Source: Terriglobia bacterium
GTDB taxonomy: Bacteria > Acidobacteriota > Terriglobia > 2-12-FULL-54-10
Direction of reading: 5' to 3'
Assembly: GCA_963666975.2 (NCBI GenBank)
Contig: CAXVYR010000004.1
Coordinates: forward strand, 192,001 to 256,000
DNA length: 64,000 nucleotides
Shown here: positions 61,163 to 64,000 of the stretch, in pieces
Layout: each line of letters begins with the position of its first letter
Position numbering within the stretch: the first letter of the stretch is position 1
Notes under the pieces: generated by a model
Told to the model about the DNA's origin: nothing
What the model saw: only the letters and a program-made list of their open reading frames with translations
Databases searched by the model: none
Made by a program: the position numbers and the translations under genes

Positions 61163-61570
61163 CTATGCCGGTTCGAACATGGGTATATTCCACGTCGCAT
61201 CGGCCCTTACAAACGTGAGTTGCACGGACAGACCAATGTTCACCCTTTCCGGCGCGCAATTAATAATGTTACTCAGAACCTTGACGCCTTCGTCGAGTTC
61301 CACGAGGGCAACGACATAGGGAACCTCCTCCTGGAACCCCGGCATGCGAGTTCGATGCACAACCGTGTAGGACCACACTCTCCCGCGACCACTGGCCTCC
61401 ACGTCCTCAATCTTCCCTGTCCAGCAGTGCGAGCAGAATCCCCTGTAGTGGTATTGATACTTCCCACACGTCCTGCAACGCTGAATGAGAAATCGTCCTT
61501 CTCGACAGGCGTCCCAAAAGGGCTTCGTCTCGCCACTCTCGACAGGCAACGGCTTCTTCCATGCAGGCAT
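61163..61570 (-). CDS. DUF35 Zn-ribbon/OB-fold acyl-CoA-binding protein
   Basis: PFWDACREG..QRCRTCG..CSHC, SGRGRVWSYT, VPYVVALVELDEG. Confidence 0.92.
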   Translation of the reverse strand: MPAWKKPLPVESGETKPFWDACREGRFLIQRCRTCGKYQYHYRGFCSHCWTGKIEDVEASGRGRVWSYTVVHRTRMPGFQEEVPYVVALVELDEGVKVLSNIINCAPERVNIGLSVQLTFVRADATWNIPMFEPA

Positions 61571-61573
61571 CGG

Positions 61574-62776
61574 TCAATCCCTCGCCAGGATGTGGACAGC
61601 GCTCCCCCGACGAGCAAGAAACGCTGCGCCGGTTGCAGTGCAGGCCGCGATCTTACAATTCGGCACTTGGCGTGCTCCCGCCTCGCCACGCAGTTGTTTG
61701 GTCGCTTCGACGAACAGGAAGATGCCGCGACGTCCTGGGTGCGTTGAGGAGAGCCCGCCACCGTCGGGATTGACGGGCAGCCGCCCGGCGAGCTCAATGT
61801 GGCCCTCTTCCACGAAGGCGCCGCCTTGTCCGACCGGACAGAACCCCATGCCCTCCAGATCGATCGGCACATTCAGCGTAAAGGCGTCATACACCATTGC
61901 CGTATCGATATCGTCTGGGGTTAAGCCCGCCATCCCAAACGCGTGCGTCGCCGCCCGATGGACCATCTGTCGGGTTCCTTTCGCCCAATCCCCGTAACCC
62001 GCTTCATGATGCATGAAGGACTCTCCAAACCCGAGAATCCAAACCGGCGGTTTCTTGCAACTGCGAGCGAACTCCGGTGAGGCAACGATCACCGCGGCTC
62101 CGCCGTCTGTGATGACACAACAGTCCAGCCTGTGCAACGGCGACGCGATCACCGGCGAGTTCAACACATCGTCCACGGTGATCGGATCGCGAAACATCGC
62201 AACCGGGTTTAACGATGCATGCTTCCGCATCGTCACGGCCACTCGTGCTAATTGTTCCGAGGTGAGCCCGTAATCGTGCATGTACCGTTGCGCGATGATC
62301 CCCATGAGACCTACAACGGTCAGCCCGTAGGGTTCCTCAAAACTGTCCGGAGTCGGCGACATCTCTTTCCCGACAAGCCGGTTGTACCCGATAGTTCCTA
62401 TGGGCACCTTGCGCGACCGTGCGGTCGCTCCATACGCGATCAAGGCGCACCGGAACAGGCCTGCATGGATCCCAATCACTGCGCGATTCAGGTAGTAGCC
62501 GAACGACGCGCCTCCGACGTCTGTTTCGTCAATGAACGCAGGATGGATGTTCAGGTAATCCGCCATCATGATGGCGGCGTGCGGGCCAAGATATCCCCCC
62601 TCCGGCGCCGTTGCTGAGGTAAAGTACGCATCGATGTCGCCCGGCTTGAGCCCTGCATCTTCGAGCGCTCCGATCGCCGATTCGGCCTGAATCAGCCATT
62701 CGCTTTTTTCTGGCGCGTATCGACTCGGATGCTCGTACACGCCGACAATCGATGCCGATTTCTTCAGGTCAGCCAT
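61574..62776 (-). CDS. SCP2/Ltp2-type thiolase-fold protein lacking the nucleophilic Cys
   Basis: TDVGGASF in place of xxGCAS; HASLNP, DCCVITDGGAA, YDAFT, LEGMGFC, NPDGGGLSSTHPG; paired with DUF35. Confidence 0.88.
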   Translation of the reverse strand: MADLKKSASIVGVYEHPSRYAPEKSEWLIQAESAIGALEDAGLKPGDIDAYFTSATAPEGGYLGPHAAIMMADYLNIHPAFIDETDVGGASFGYYLNRAVIGIHAGLFRCALIAYGATARSRKVPIGTIGYNRLVGKEMSPTPDSFEEPYGLTVVGLMGIIAQRYMHDYGLTSEQLARVAVTMRKHASLNPVAMFRDPITVDDVLNSPVIASPLHRLDCCVITDGGAAVIVASPEFARSCKKPPVWILGFGESFMHHEAGYGDWAKGTRQMVHRAATHAFGMAGLTPDDIDTAMVYDAFTLNVPIDLEGMGFCPVGQGGAFVEEGHIELAGRLPVNPDGGGLSSTHPGRRGIFLFVEATKQLRGEAGARQVPNCKIAACTATGAAFLARRGSAVHILARD

Positions 62777-63818
62777 CGTGTGTGTTCCCGCGCACCGGCA
62801 GTGAGTTAGAAGGCCCGCTCTCGACGGCTCGGGCAACTTCAGCCAGCGCCTGAAGCCGGCTCAGCCGTCCACCCGATAGCAGGGACAAGGTGATGCGGTC
62901 GACGCCCAGCGAAGCCAGCGCATGCAACTTCGCAACGCAATGGCCGGCGTCGCCTGCGATAGCCATGACGTCGGCCATTTCGTCGCTCACCACCTCGCGG
63001 TGTGCCGCATGCAACGATAAGTGCTCCAGGTAATCGTACGTCCGGGTCGCCTGCTCGATTTCGGTGCCGCGCACTGCCGCAGCGACTTCGCGCGGCCAGT
63101 TCGTCGTCTTGCCCCACCACCACTTGGACTGACTCGCCACCCATGGTTTTACATCATCCAGAGCCTGCTGCCGATTGTCGGACACCGAAATCGTCTGCCA
63201 GAGATCGATACATATTTCGCTTCTCTTCCTGCCGGCTTCTCGTGCTCCGGCAATCACGGTGTCGATCTGCTCCTGTACCAGGCGCGGGGTGGAAGACCCC
63301 ATCAGAATCACCCCATCGCCCACCCGGCCCGCCAGACGGAGCATCTTGGGCTGGCTGGCGGAAATGAAGATCGGCACCCGTCCCTGAGTCGTAGCCAGAC
63401 GCACGTCCTGTCCCCGTTGCCGCACCGTCTCTCCAGCCAGCAACCTTCGTATCACGTTCACAGTTTCTTCAACCGTTTGCACACGAGCCGGTTTTAGCCC
63501 GATCCCTTCAACCGAAGTCATCCCAGCCCCTATCCCGAGGATGGCGCGACCCTTGCTCACCTCCTGGATCGCCGATATCGCACAGGCGGTCACCGTCGGA
63601 TCACGCGTGATGGGATTCGTGACACCGGTTCCCAGCTGAATCTGTTCCGTATTCATGGCGCAGAGCGCCAGCGTAACATAGACGTCCTTCATCGCGAGTT
63701 GAAAATCGATGAAGTACAAACGCTCGAATCCGCCTTTTTCCGCTTCGCGCGCGATCTCCGGCGCGCGCAGCAGCGGTTCTCGCGCACTAACGCCTACGGA
63801 AAGACCAAACGGTACCAT
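62769..63818 (-). CDS. LLM-class oxidoreductase (Mer/F420-dependent-like)
   Basis: AEKGGFE..D, LGTGVTNPITRDP, GRAILGIGAG, PIFISASQPKMLRLAGRVGDG; overlaps the thiolase start by 8 bp. Confidence 0.88.
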   Translation of the reverse strand: MVPFGLSVGVSAREPLLRAPEIAREAEKGGFERLYFIDFQLAMKDVYVTLALCAMNTEQIQLGTGVTNPITRDPTVTACAISAIQEVSKGRAILGIGAGMTSVEGIGLKPARVQTVEETVNVIRRLLAGETVRQRGQDVRLATTQGRVPIFISASQPKMLRLAGRVGDGVILMGSSTPRLVQEQIDTVIAGAREAGRKRSEICIDLWQTISVSDNRQQALDDVKPWVASQSKWWWGKTTNWPREVAAAVRGTEIEQATRTYDYLEHLSLHAAHREVVSDEMADVMAIAGDAGHCVAKLHALASLGVDRITLSLLSGGRLSRLQALAEVARAVESGPSNSLPVRGNTHDG

Positions 63819-64000
63819 ATGTGTCTCCACGCCGCCTTTGGAAGAATCGCGCAAAGTTCACGGCCGCAAACCCGAACTGGGTGCGCCAGCTCTCACGCAA
63901 CGGACGATTCGACGCCGGAGGAACCCGTCCCATCGCACGCCCTGATTTGCTCCAGACCCTCACCAAACTCTTGAGGTTCCCGATGCAGAACGTGTCGGGA

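Noticed and set aside
63855-64000. Possible 3' end of an upstream minus-strand gene
   Set aside because: Too short, with no recognisable motif in any frame I read.

Overview
GC-rich bacterial chromosome segment. It is probably Acidobacteriota (inferred from the TonB-dependent receptor architecture, the cytochrome c-HhH fusion and the REP types), and it is dominated by catabolic genes. From left to right: (1) the glyoxylate shunt, with a long ICL2-type aceA running off the left end plus aceB; (2) a secreted low-complexity protein, a MaoC dehydratase, an exported amidohydrolase, an intact IS1016-group IS1595 element and a CodA-like deaminase; (3) a minus-strand locus of TonB-dependent receptor, six tandem paralogous secreted amidohydrolases, a heme c/Vgb-propeller protein and two secreted Amidohydro_3 enzymes; (4) a central pyridine/N-heterocycle-type catabolic cluster (UbiD decarboxylase, NitT/TauT ABC transporter, Mo-hydroxylase large subunit plus CoxG, MMSDH-like ALDH, enamidase, AA_synth protein, frameshifted LLM oxidoreductase); (5) three more tandem amidohydrolase paralogs, a divergent secreted asparaginase-fold protein, a GMC/Tat-subunit/cytochrome c-HhH trio and a third Amidohydro_3; (6) an SSS transporter, CoA ligase, Amidohydro_2, DUF35, Cys-less thiolase and LLM operon. 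Intergenic regions carry several families of nested REP/MITE palindromes. The most notable system is a PUL-like array of nine recombining, loop-diversified periplasmic amidohydrolases, six of them directly downstream of the TonB receptor. All calls come from reading motifs by eye; no database searches were run.
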